Below are positions 39,301-52,400 of a DNA stretch of 64,000 nucleotides, one piece after another. Both the position numbers and the translations under genes were made by a program. The stretch is from Tubiluchus corallicola. Lineage: Eukaryota > Animalia > Priapulida. The notes beneath the pieces were generated by a model, which worked only from the letters and a program-made list of their open reading frames with translations, made no database searches and had not been told where the DNA came from. The stretch is taken from NCBI GenBank assembly GCA_030141605.1, contig JAQGDQ010000139.1, forward strand, positions 434,001 to 498,000, written 5' to 3'. Position 1 is the stretch's first letter. Each line of letters begins with the position of its first letter.

Positions 39301-42300
39301 TATATTAACAAATAGATAGGAAACACACTTTATTTAATATTTGCGGAAAATTACATGGAAAGCTTTGCAGAATAAATGTATACTAGTCTTATAGTAAACT
39401 TAGGCCAGCTTGCTCATACTTACAAATGACTTCAATAAATTGGTCATCAATAGGCTATCAACAATAAGAAAACGAAGAATATAGATGGTCTAATGGAATA
39501 CCTTTTGTTTTTATTAAAAAAATTAGGAAAAAAAAGTACTTCTGTATTTCGTCAATATTATTCAATGATTTCGCATTTTAAAGATGGCTGCATATTACTA
39601 ATTTTTACATAGGGCCCATAATAGGCCCTGAAAGGTCAGTTTTCTTGTGGTTTTTGAAATAAACACATAAAATTCAGCCATGAAGCTATGTTGACTTTAG
39701 AAGTTTCATTCATCTGTCATCTTGATTTCCTTTTTTCTATCACTTCACTATTCTCCTACCTGGTTGTTGAATGCACTCTCATCCAGGACTTTCCGATGAG
39801 TTGCCAATGTTTGGCGAATGAGTTGAGCCTTTTCCCAGATATCTAGTCCTCCAAGAGGAATATCAGTTACACCTCGTTTTTGTAAGAAATGGTGAACGTC
39901 ACATCCCGTTGTAACACTCATGACAAGCACAACATTCTAAAATAATATTAAATTTTATCACTGCAAAATTACTGTAAGATATTGATAACAAAGAAGAACA
40001 ATAATTATAAAAACATGTAATAATAATGGAGCAATATATGTAAGTATGAACTTATGCACATAAGTATGAGTTTATGCTGGATCTCATGATCCACTCAACA
40101 CCCAGCCAAGTTTCTTGTATCGCTCTGATTTCCATGCACTGGAGAGTGGATATTAGGCTTTCATCAAAAAGTTATTTCTATCCCACATGATCAATGTTTC
40201 GATGCACAAAGAATTTTTACGATGGGAAAACTGTTTGAGCAGCACGACATCGACAATAGGAACAATACTGCATTCTTTATCAGACTCAAAAAATGGATTT
40301 TATTCACATGGTAAACACAATAGAAAGAGAGAAAGAAACAGAGAGGGAGAGGGAGAGGGAGGGAGCAGGAGGGAGTGGAAAGGGAGGGAGCAGGAGGAAC
40401 GGGAGAGGGAGGAGAGGGAGGAGTTTGTCACCATAATGCTGTTGTGGAAACACTACACCAATTCTCTATTCACATTATGGATATACAGATAATCATACGG
40501 GGTCTTTTCTACTCAAGTTAGAAGAAAAGAAAAATAATTGTTCACCCTTTTTATTTTGTGGCATTTTATTGGAAGTTTAGATTTTTTGTTGTTCTTTGTT
40601 TTTTGTTGTAGTTTAATGATTCAAGCTTATATTTTGGAAAAGGCATGGAAATTCAGCTTGGACGTAAAACAGTTTCTGATCAGTTTTCTGAACTAGATTG
40701 TTTTATTTCAAATTATAAGCAAAAGTGTTTAATTCAAATATAAGCAACAAACATATACAAAGTTTACCTTCAAAGAAAAAAAAATCAATTTAATTTAAAT
40801 AGACAAAAATTAAACTAGATACTTTTGGTAAAGGATCAGGTATCCAGTGAAGATTTCTGCCTTGTTGCGTATTTTCAAGTAAATCCAATCCATCAATGAA
40901 AAGCACTAGTGGTGAAGACAGATACTCTGTTGCCTCTGACAAAAACTCTGCAAACTTTTTTAACAAGTTCCTAAAAAATGTTCATATTCATATGAAGAAT
41001 AACAATAGAATCTAAGCAAACATTTGATACCAATTTTTAACTATACATATTAATTCCAAAACAAATTCCTGAAATAGAGCGAAAAGCATTTATACTAGAG
41101 TTTAGGCAAATATGGCAAAACTAAACTTGTTTTAACATTAATATTAATTTGAGAGGAAAAATTAGTTCTGACTGCTATTGTACTCTTCAATGAACTAACA
41201 AGGAGTATAATGAAAATTTATTTTGAGGCAGTCAAACATAATTCCTTTGTCATCATTGTTTTAGTATCTTTTTACATTCTAAAACATGGCACGCTCCACC
41301 TGTCCACCGCCACTGCACACGATGCATCATCCCTCAAATTTAGAGTTATATTTGTTAAATTGTTTTGCAGTATACGTCAGTAGCTAACCCCCTTTCGGGT
41401 TTTTAGTTGTTTGAAGAGTTTTACATAATGCTATAGGAAGAGGAGATTCGTGAGCTTACTCCAAGGATTCTTCTTCACCACATCATACAGGCCATGAAGG
41501 AATTTAAGATGTAGTGGGGTAATATCGGCCTTCCAGCTTTTATACACTCAAATTAGGTCAGGCTACCTAGACTGGCTTTTTATAGAATATATAAAATATT
41601 TATACAGTATTCACATATAAGTTGTATTTATAATTAATATGAATGCAAATACAAGGTAAATCATTGAAAAAATCTAAATTTTGGCAACATTACCACATTA
41701 TATCCTACATCTTTTCCACACATCATTACATGCAAAAAACAGAAGCAATCTTTGTGCTATTTAAATATTAGAACAGAATTTTACAAATTCTGGACTCTAG
41801 AATCAGCCACTTTTATTCCTGAACATACAAAAATCTTACATTTAGCTTTTTATAGATTTCTCTTGTTGTACATACACGGAAATAAAATAATAACAAATGA
41901 AAAAATGTATACTGACGGAACTGATAATGAGACAGTGTTTAAAAAATTTCCCCAAAAGATCAGCAAATTTGTATATTATCTGCAATTGGAGTGGTTTATT
42001 TTACTTTCTGTTAATTAAATACTGCAATTATAAATGAAATTATAAATCATACTTATAATCAGATGGAACAGCAAGCTCCAAAACAAATCTTTGCTTGATT
42101 TCATGGCAAAGCCTAGTCAGCATAGCCTGTACGCTTGCAGAACCTGAGGTCGCACCAATAAAATGAGGGATGACACCGAGAGAGGATTTACAAAAACTGG
42201 AATCGCAGTATCTACTCATCACAGTTGCCTAAAAAAAACTCGGAATGTGAACAAAAAATTCAAACCATAATATTATTTGAATTGTGTATACTAAAATAAA

Positions 42301-43394
42301 CAACAAAACTAAAATAATGTAATTAACACACTCAGAACGAAACTAAAAAAGCTTTATAAAAGTTTAAATTTCAGATTAAAAGATCAATTTTATATCTATC
42401 TATTAGCTAGAGTTAAGTCTCTGTCATTTCATATATGGAACTGCTGGATAAAATGCTCTACCAGTTTTGCAAGTCTTCATTGGTGATTCGTTTCTTCATA
42501 CGTCATAACATGGGGCCACAATCAGGAAAATATGTTTAACACTATGTTTGTGTGGTATAATGATGAAAGATTTAGACATACTTGACACATATCAACTATA
42601 CACTATTTAATTTTAATTTTAATTAATACATGTATACTAAATATATATATATATTTATTTATATATATTGTGTAGAGTAAGTCCTCGTTTAATGACCCCC
42701 CGTTTAGCGACGTTTTTGTTTTAACAACACTGAATATTTGACATCTGTTCCTCACTTAACAACACATGTTTCAGTTTAGCGATTATCTTTTTTACTTTGC
42801 TCAAAGCCATTTTTTATTATATCAACAACTTTTTTTATCAAATTGGAAGCACTAACATGGAACATATTGCATTATTCTGTTCTAAAAACGTACTACTAGC
42901 GTAAAACACAGTAAGTATTATAATGGTTTTGCTTCCTGACTGATTATGTACTAAATGCTAGCTGATTGTATTAAGCGAGATCTATTTATATGCCTCCAGA
43001 CACCTGAGTTCAAACTTTATGCCAAGGAAATTTATCTGCAACCTGTTGCTATAGCAACCACCAAGTACTACATTCATGAAATGATCCCAAGGTTGCTCCA
43101 GGGCTTGGCTTTCACTACACAGTGTCCAAACACTAACTGCCTACATATAGGGTTTCAACGTTAACGAAGAAGAAACCGGCAGCAAGCCTAGCTAGGTCGT
43201 GGTAAGAAAGGTAGTTAGTTTCAAGCAAATAGAAAGAAATTAATCAGTAGAAATATGAATAAAACTCATTTAACTGATATGATTTTTGTTGCGGGAACTT
43301 ATCTCAATTTTTTTACATTACTTTCTGTGGAGGTCTTGGTTTCATTAAAGACATTTGCTAGAAAGCATCAGTGTCGTTAAGCAAGGACTTATAG

Positions 43395-43425
<31 letters not shown>

Positions 43426-46400
43426 AACTGATGTGTATTGTTCCTGCTACAATGATACACTTTAACATGAAATTACAATTACATTAGCTTTACTATTTTG
43501 AGAGCTCACAAAAAATACCATTAAAGAACTTTTTCCACTACCAGCCTTTCCTGAAAGCACAATTATGCCTTGGCTGCATTTGGTTATCTTGTCTAAGCAG
43601 TCTACAACAAGAGCTGTTCTCCCAACGAAGGTTTCTTTTTTCGATTCAATGAAAGCAGCATGCATTGATGTTTCATATTCAACTTCATCCATCATGTCCT
43701 CCTGTCGAAAAATAAAAACAAAAGAATAATACCCTGACAGCACAGTTGTTTGGTGCCAAAATGTTTTTGAGTTGGTCACTTGCAAAGTAACTCTGTAAAG
43801 AGGTTTGTTTTACCGTGATGTTGTTCTTGTTCTCGTAATTTATCCAATAAGTTTTTATCAGTTTTTAATATTGTGATGTCACATACAGTTACTTTGTGTT
43901 GCAAATTTTTATGAAAAAATGGTCACCATGGCAACACTAAATGATGTTCTAAATGCCATATCTAAGCAGGTAGCTGGAAAAATTCAGTAAAATGTAACCC
44001 AATGCTTCCCATTCCAGACTGGTTTTATTATTACTTTGTACGAACTATAAAAAGCTCTGAAACGTAGAAATGAACTGGACTGCATAAATATATTGATGGA
44101 AAAACATCAAAGAGTTAAATAATTCACATTGTTTAGCTTATAGCACAATTCTGGGTCTTCATTAACTTTTTCAGAAACTTTCGTAATGATCTGGTTTTTG
44201 GTATGAATTATGTCACATGTTTAGCGTTGATTCTACCAACAAGAACAGTAACTCTGAAACAGAATTACTAATACTTACTTCTTCAGGACAGAGTTTCATA
44301 ATAGCATTCCACGCGTTATTCAGCACCCGATTTCCAAATAAGTCTAGTCCTGCAACTATAGGTCTTCCATCGACAACACCTCCCCAGTAACATGGATATT
44401 CATCGTACAGTTCTAAACCGCTAACTCTAACACGTGATTTCAGCTTCTTTACAAGTTCATCACATCTTCGGTTCTCTGCACAGAAATCTTCACGATACTT
44501 TTTCGGTACAGTTCTGAAAAATAATTATATTGAATATTGTAAGGAATGCAGACGATACTGATAATAGTATAAATAGAGACTTAACACAAATTTAGAGCAG
44601 AAAAACTTGCCAGAAACTGCAGAAAGCTTTCTTGTGTTCTCGATCTCAGGAGGAATGGGAACTGAGATGGCAAAAAACCCTGCTGAATTATGAAACCATT
44701 ACATCCACAGTCAACTTAGAGGCAATAGTTTTCAGGTAGTATGTAATGGCTTCGTAATGGACAGAACTAATGCAATGGAGGGACTGCCGTCGTAACACTA
44801 CCACAGATAATGGTTTGTCAAGGAAGTAGCATGAAGCACGCAAGAGAATAAAAGTTCTAAACAAGTAAAGAGAGGATGCATTACATCAAAAAAAGTTGAA
44901 AAAAAAATTACAAGAGCGTTGCAAGAAAATTTACACAAGCAGTTAAAGAAATACCTAACTAGAACTTACTTTATGAAGCTATTATTGCGAATAAAGAAAA
45001 AAGCCGTTTCCTGGGCTTTGTCTGGATTCGCCAGTGCAGCATAGTGCATTTCTAGTTCTGTAACAGATGCTCCCGGTGGATAACTTTTCAGCCAATCAAG
45101 ATCTGGATCCTCGGTGACATCATACAATTCAGGAATCCATCCATATCTTTCGCCAATAATGCCGACAAATAACTGACATGATTTTATTTCTGACAGGCAG
45201 AGATCCAAATTGCTACAAATAGATTTTTACATTTGTAATCTGTTTACCCAAAAAGAAGTTATCTACTACTCAGGCTAATGAAATGTTTTTGTATTCTCAT
45301 TTCAAACTAATTAAATTAGATCCTAATCTCTAGAGGAAAAATATAGTACTTCTGGAAAAAATGAAAATCAAGCAAATGAATGCGAAAATAAATTTAGAAA
45401 GTGCTAACATTCTTGCAAATAAGTTAAATCAGTTTCATCCAACCTTCGCAATAGAACAGGTGTCTAAATTATGTTAGCATATGTATTAGATTTAGTGCCA
45501 TAAAATCAAACATGTACAATGCAAGACGAAAACATACCAGAATTAATTTTATAATGTAGACGTATACCCGGCTTGAGAAGATGCAGACTCAGTGATGCCC
45601 CATCGCAGGTCTACCTCGTAAACATTAATGAGACGGTCCTTTGCACGTGCTCTCAGCTCCGGAAATACAAATCTAGTAAGAAGGTCACGCTCTCCGTGCA
45701 TGTCACGAAATGTAGATGAAATAAATACACGTATTGAACGCCACCTGTCAAGCAGATGAAATGAACATACATATTGACATTGGACATACCCGTTGAGCAG
45801 ATGGAACGAACGTACATATGAACATACCTGTCGAGCAGATGAAATGAACATATGAACATACCGTCAAATGCAAAAAGTTGCACTTCAAGAAGCTCACTCC
45901 TATTACAAGTATTCATTTCCACATTTTTTGCCTAATGAAGCCTTCCAACCTTTATTTTTCTGTTTTATCACTAATGCTGTTTTATTCCTAGAAGCCAGCA
46001 CTTCATATAGGCAAGGAGTACATTTTAAAATGAATCGACCAGAGTTTATTAACCACACTAAAATACTTATAAAAATATCAATCTTCCCTCAATGGGAGAA
46101 AGATAGAGAACAGGCAAATGAAACTACTTTAAAGCAGTTTTTCCAATGGTGTCCATCCATTAAAGAACCAGGCCTGATGCTGCTTAACTTTTACAGTCCT
46201 AGCACACTAATGCATTTTGGTTCTGTCCTGCGTGGTTAAACATGTCCTACCAACAAAGATTAAATGTTAAGTTATGTTTGACCAAAATCTGCTTCTACCT
46301 TCATCAGTATGCAAAGGCATAACACAGAAAGAGAAAAAGTATATCAAAGCTGTCCACTGTACATACTGTGGTGCTTTGGTAATGCGAGGAACCTTCTGTT

Positions 46401-49400
46401 CTACAGGAATGATGGCTGGTTTAGTAAGAGGGCTTTGAACAACAGCTGTCAGATTGTATGTTTTGTCAACATTCTCAACTTGTTTGAGAAGACCATCATC
46501 ACCCTGATTGCTAATATACCTGAAATTTAACAAAACAAATTTTACCTGAAATTAATATACCTGAAAATTTGTGCCTTGACTTCACCTGCAAAAATGGACA
46601 AAGTTTTTTTCTACTCTTAAAGGGGGAAAGCATGACAATGAAAAAACTGTTGAATGGAAACTGTTCTGTGCTAACTGAGGCTGTTCCGTGAAAACAATAT
46701 GAAAAATGTTATTACATCTTATTTATTTTCTGGTTAACTTAAGCATATATGTTATATATATGTTTTTGTGTCCGTCAGTGAATTAAAAAGCAACTGCTTT
46801 TCATAATTATGAATATTAGTACTGAGCTGTCTATCAAGAAAAAGAAAATATTTTTTTTTATTTGACCCAACATATGAGACAAACACAAAAATGACAATTA
46901 CAGCTACAAGCCGTGTGTGCAGACAAAATAAATACAAAATATTTAAATTCAAATTCTACAGGATAAAATAATACACAGTAATTGATCAAGAAAGTACTAC
47001 GTAATATATGACATGGTTCTGACATCTATGTAACTATGTCAAAATGCTGAAGAATGCAAGTTTTAGGAGAGAACTTTAAGGACTAATCAGAAAAGTTATT
47101 TAAAGTAAATTACCGTAATATTTTGTCACTGAAACCAACGATTGAAATATCTTTCTCATCATGAGCCTCATGCTGGCGTTGGTTCCTCTTATTACTAGAT
47201 CTTGCCAAGTCGATATTAACCCGTATCAAATCAGGGTTAACCAAGGCTCTGTATTTATCAACAAATGATCGAAATGTTGGTACGGTATCCCCAGTCTGTT
47301 TGTCGTCAATGTTTACAGTGTTGGAAAGCACTATAACAGTATCTACCTGCAAAATTGATTTAAAATTGTTACTATACTTTAGGAAATTATGACAAAAACT
47401 GAGGAATGTGACTTGCACAAAATATGGAATTATAATTAGCAACCACATGAGGCGAAAAAATACAGCAGATAAAAACACAAGGAAAAAACATAAAAGTAAA
47501 CACAGGAAATATGCAGAAGGAAAACATACACACATCTGTGTTTTGTTACTGCACTTGCATCTTTTTTTAGTGTGATGTCCTTTTTGCATTAATGATATAA
47601 ATAAAAAATGAAAAAACTCCAAAGCCTTGTTTTGTAGTTTTTGTTTTTTCTGTTTTTGTTCGTTTAGTTTTGCCTGAAGAAGAGCTACAGTGGTAGTTCG
47701 AAATGTTGTGACTTTTTTCATGTTTTTCAGACAAGGGTGTTTTGTTTGTAGGATTTTTTTATTTATTTTTGCTCTGCACCTAGGCATCTTAAAAGGATAA
47801 AATATAAGAAGCAGTTGCTGCAAAATGAACAAAATAAATGCTCCTGAGAAAAGAGGATAGCGTTTAAAAGCCCATGACAATTTGCAAAGTAAAACATCTG
47901 TTTTAATTTATGCTCCCATTAGTCTTTAAATTAAACAAAATAAAATACTGAGGAAAGGATAAAGTCAACTTATTGAAAATAATGTTAATTAAGAACTTAA
48001 CTATATTATAAAAAGGTGGGCTGCATTTGAGGAGTTTCAGTAACCATAGAGCAATAGTTACTCAGATTCAGAGATAGTGCTCTCACTTTAGAACCTATAC
48101 TAATGCCTGTATGCTAGCTCCACCTGCACAGATGTTGTGCACCCTACCTGTGCATTATACCATCTCTCTATGCATGACTGCATCTCAGTCTCTCCAGTAA
48201 GAGCTCATCTTTATACACCACCATTGGCAGAATAATTTTGCAGCAAATGGTCAAATATTTGTCTAGGCACGTAAAGCAACAATTATGTGCTATTAACCTA
48301 TTAGATTAGCTAGCTTTTTTGATACCACTGATTTGTGCACAAGGTAAGTCAAACCTTTACTTGAAATTTAAATAATTTCATGTAGGGTTTTAAAATCATT
48401 TTAACATTTTATTGTTTGTGACCTTTGGTGTGTCGGTCTACAGATGTTGGCAAGCCCAAATTTTATAGCATTTTAAAATAATATCAGTGTAAAGTTTTAA
48501 AACATTTTTGTGTTTTTGACATAATTCTTTATCATTGTGCTATATACCATCTTATAATGCGGTCTCTAATATCATATATCACATAAACTGTCTCTACACA
48601 AAGCAAATTACAATGACTTAATTTTGTGCTGTATTTTCATACTTTACTTCATGCAAACTTTCAAAACTACAGTGAAATTCAATTGTTTAATATTGAAATA
48701 AAAAAATAAATGTATACATAAGGCTAAACTTCAAAATTCCTTGAGTTTATTTTGAGATAAAAATACGTGGTTCAGCCTGACGATTAATGTCAATTGTTTT
48801 TTTGTGACAAATTGCATCATTGTAAACTATAGATAACTGCACACCCCTATTAGGGGTGAGCAGTTATCTACTGGAAAGCGAATTCGAGTCGAATCGCATT
48901 TGTGAATTTCGAATTCAAGTCGAACCAAATTTCAGTATTTCGAATTTGAACAGAGTTTGAACGATTTTCGAACCACCAGTAAAAAGCGGTCTTACAAAGA
49001 TCATGAATATTATTCGATTTTGTTCTACAGTAAAGCTACAAATAATTTATTAAAAAATTGTGCACAGAAATAGCAGCTAAATTCTATGATGTTTCAGACG
49101 TTTTAATGATAAAGAACGTATGTGGTTAAAGTGCTAAATTATTAGAATCTATAATAATAAGTTCCAATCGAATTCGAACTAGGAAAACTCGTTCAAACAT
49201 TTGATGCTCACCCCTTAGTACCAACTGGCAGTTCAGTGGTCTGAAGAACTGAAGCTGGCCATGGAAGTTGACCATGTTTGTCATGATGTTCTAATTAATT
49301 TTCAGCTGAGTGCTTCAACTATTACATCAGCAGATTCACACAAACATAATAACTAAGAATGAATAATTCAATAGTATAATGAATACCCTCATCGGGGCAC

Positions 49401-52400
49401 CCTACAGCAAGCATGTAGTTCAGGCTACCCTGCCTGGAGCTATAAAGTTTAGGGTTGGGCTACTGATAGTGAGTGTCTTATAAGGAAATCTGCTTAAAAT
49501 AGGTGCTTTGTCACACCCATAACAGCAAGTGAGCAGTTAGCCTTGACTTCTAATGACAATGTGAACTAATCCAGGATCTTGAAACGTGAACTTGAACGTT
49601 ATTGTCTGCTTGAATGCATCTTTGCTGCTTTTACCATTTGATAATTAGCTTTACAGGCATGATAAATTTAACCATACAACACCTTTATCACAAATTATGA
49701 CAGGGAGTTGTCTTTCATATTTCTAATCAGGCGAACTTAACTAATTATTATAAGCTTAACATTGAACATGTTGCAAAGGTGCAATTAATTTTATACGAAA
49801 TCTGGAAGAAAATAAAATTTGATTCTAAACTTGAAAGGCAAGAATTGTAAAAAAGCTGGCAAACTGCTTGGATTTGAACCGGTCACCTTCTGCTTACAAA
49901 GCAGATGCCTTAGACTGCTAGCCACTGTATTCCCCAGTGATCAAGGCAGTCCAGAGTTCATGTTCTCTAAAGGTCCCAGGCTCAAATCCAAGCAGTATCC
50001 CACCTTTTTTACATTCTATAGCTTTGAAGTTAAGAACAAAATTTAATTTTTGCAAGTTTCTGCGACATTAAGACTAATTTAAAATTAAGTATTTAGCAAA
50101 TTGTCATAAAAATCGAGTGACAGACCAATTGTGGAATATGGAGGCTGCCATAAACAACTTATTCCTCCGTTACAAAACAAAAGGAGGAAAGAAACATTTA
50201 TGGAACTTGTATATAAGATGAAGAAAAATTAAATCAGCCACACATGATGTCCCACAGTTGATGTGTCTTATAAATTTGTTTATGCAATAACAACAATTTA
50301 ATGCACCATATCAATAGATGGGTGACGCATGAGAGATTCAACAACTATCTAGTTTTCCATCAGCTTTGTCTTATAATTATATTTCATAGAGGGTTGCCAT
50401 AAATAGTAATATTTTGAGAGGAAATCGAATTAAATCTAGGGAACAGACTTGTCAGTAAAGTGTGAGTAAAATGACCACTAAAACAACCATTTTACTGGTT
50501 ATTTTTTGGTAAATCGGATATGAGTAGTAGCAACCAATAAACTGCATTAGAGATCATAGTTTATTTTTGTAGCACAACTTTGTTACAAACAGAAACAACT
50601 CATGACTTTGATAGCAATTTAATCTTACAGGTCACAGAATTAAAGAAATAAACATTTTAGTTGTCAAAGTGACAGATTGTTTAACTATATCACCTTTGAT
50701 TCGATTCTGATAATATAGCTCAGATTAAAAACACCAAATTTATTTTACAGTTTTCAATGAACAGCCGAGTTTCTTTGACAAGCCGTGCTAATTTTGGAGC
50801 TAAGCTCATGATAATTATTGCTGCTAGCATGTAGACTGATTACCATATAGAGTAAGAACAGATTAGCCCGCATGTAATACATTCATTGCATGCCATTGAC
50901 AAACAGCGCAGTGAGAAACGTTCCTTCCAATGTTAAAAAACAAGCACTTTGCTGCTCTTTCTTGCTACACTAAGAGTTTGTCACGCCGAGAAAATACTCC
51001 TTATAGTCACGGGGCATGGTCATTGATCAATTGCCGTTTCAATGCGATATGTATGCTCCCTCCCCCGCTTTGCCAAAACAAGCTAGCTTACGTTTTTAAT
51101 TTACTTAAGTCTAAGACCCTAATAGGTGTCGTATCACATGTGTCTAAAGCTTACACGTCCGCTTGGGTAATCAGATATAACACATCTCATTACAGATACC
51201 ATAGCGTGAATATAACTAGACCCTTGGGATGTTACATGATGAACAGCAAACAGCCTTACAGCAGTTTTTCTAACTAAATGAAATCGCTATATTGTAACAC
51301 CTCTCATTACTCTTATCATAAACTACAATTTCCACACAACATTCTGCTAGACCTTTGCGTTAATCTCAGACGACTACTCTTCCAAATAAGGTCGTTGGTC
51401 ACACATGGCTGGTGTAGCAAGAATACTCAATGTTGGCCCTCAATTTATGGCCAAATCCCGCACCCACGGGCGGACAACCCCCTCTCCAGTAAAAACTATA
51501 GCGTGCCGTAGGTCTGGCATACTAAAGACGGACACACAGGGCCTACGAGTGCGAATAGAATCATAACTAAAAAAATGTTAATTCCATCAACGATGATTCA
51601 AAACTACAGTTTAATACATTACTGAGAGCCTCAGAGTATTTCTACTTCGGTAGATACACATGCCAAAAGAGAACGCACAACTACTGCTAGTTGCTTCCCC
51701 CAGGCTATTAATGACTAGCTATACCAGCAGTTGATACACTGGTGATGACATAAGCAGGTAGGTTCGTGATATTACTCATGGTGATAATAATAAGAGCGGA
51801 AGACAGCGGTTTTCAGTAGTCGACTATGCGATCACAAAAAGTGAGTGTTGTGAACGAATGCGCGAAAAGTTTTTTCAATTTTTTTATGTTTAACACTGCA
51901 AAGTAGACTGTACAAGGTAACTTAGCAATTAGTGAAAAAGTTGTTGAATTTTGTACAGCAAAGGTGAACCACTGTTATCCAATTGTATGTTTAAAATGCA
52001 TTCAGAGATAGTTATCTATGTGTTATATTCATAGTCATCAACTGAATGAAATAGTACTTACATGTACAGAACATTAATAAAACATTTAGGTAAGTTTAAA
52101 ATGTTCATTATAGTGCACGTCAAACAATAGTGATTTTAAAATCTACAGTGTAAATCAAATCTTATATTATTTAGCTATTTTAAATCGTCATTTTAGTATT
52201 AGTTTTATGCATTTTTTTCTGTACAGCGTTCAAGTACGTATTTATATGGACTTTACGCTACACAAAAATAAATAAACTTGAAATTAAACAGATATTAAAA
52301 TCACAAGCATTATTCTGACTCAGGTTCCTTAGAAACAAATCAATTGTGGAAATTTATCTACCTAAATCAGGTAAAATAAGCAAATCTGAAATTTGTAAAA

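Noticed and set aside
47347-47880. N-terminal part of the 256-aa ORF 47110-47880
   Set aside because: Low-complexity intron read-through upstream of the real acceptor at 47347-47348; the previous exon splices in frame without it.
49864-49930. Functional tRNA-Thr gene
   Set aside because: Acceptor and T stems do not pair properly and it is embedded in a palindromic repeat, so it is treated as tRNA-derived.
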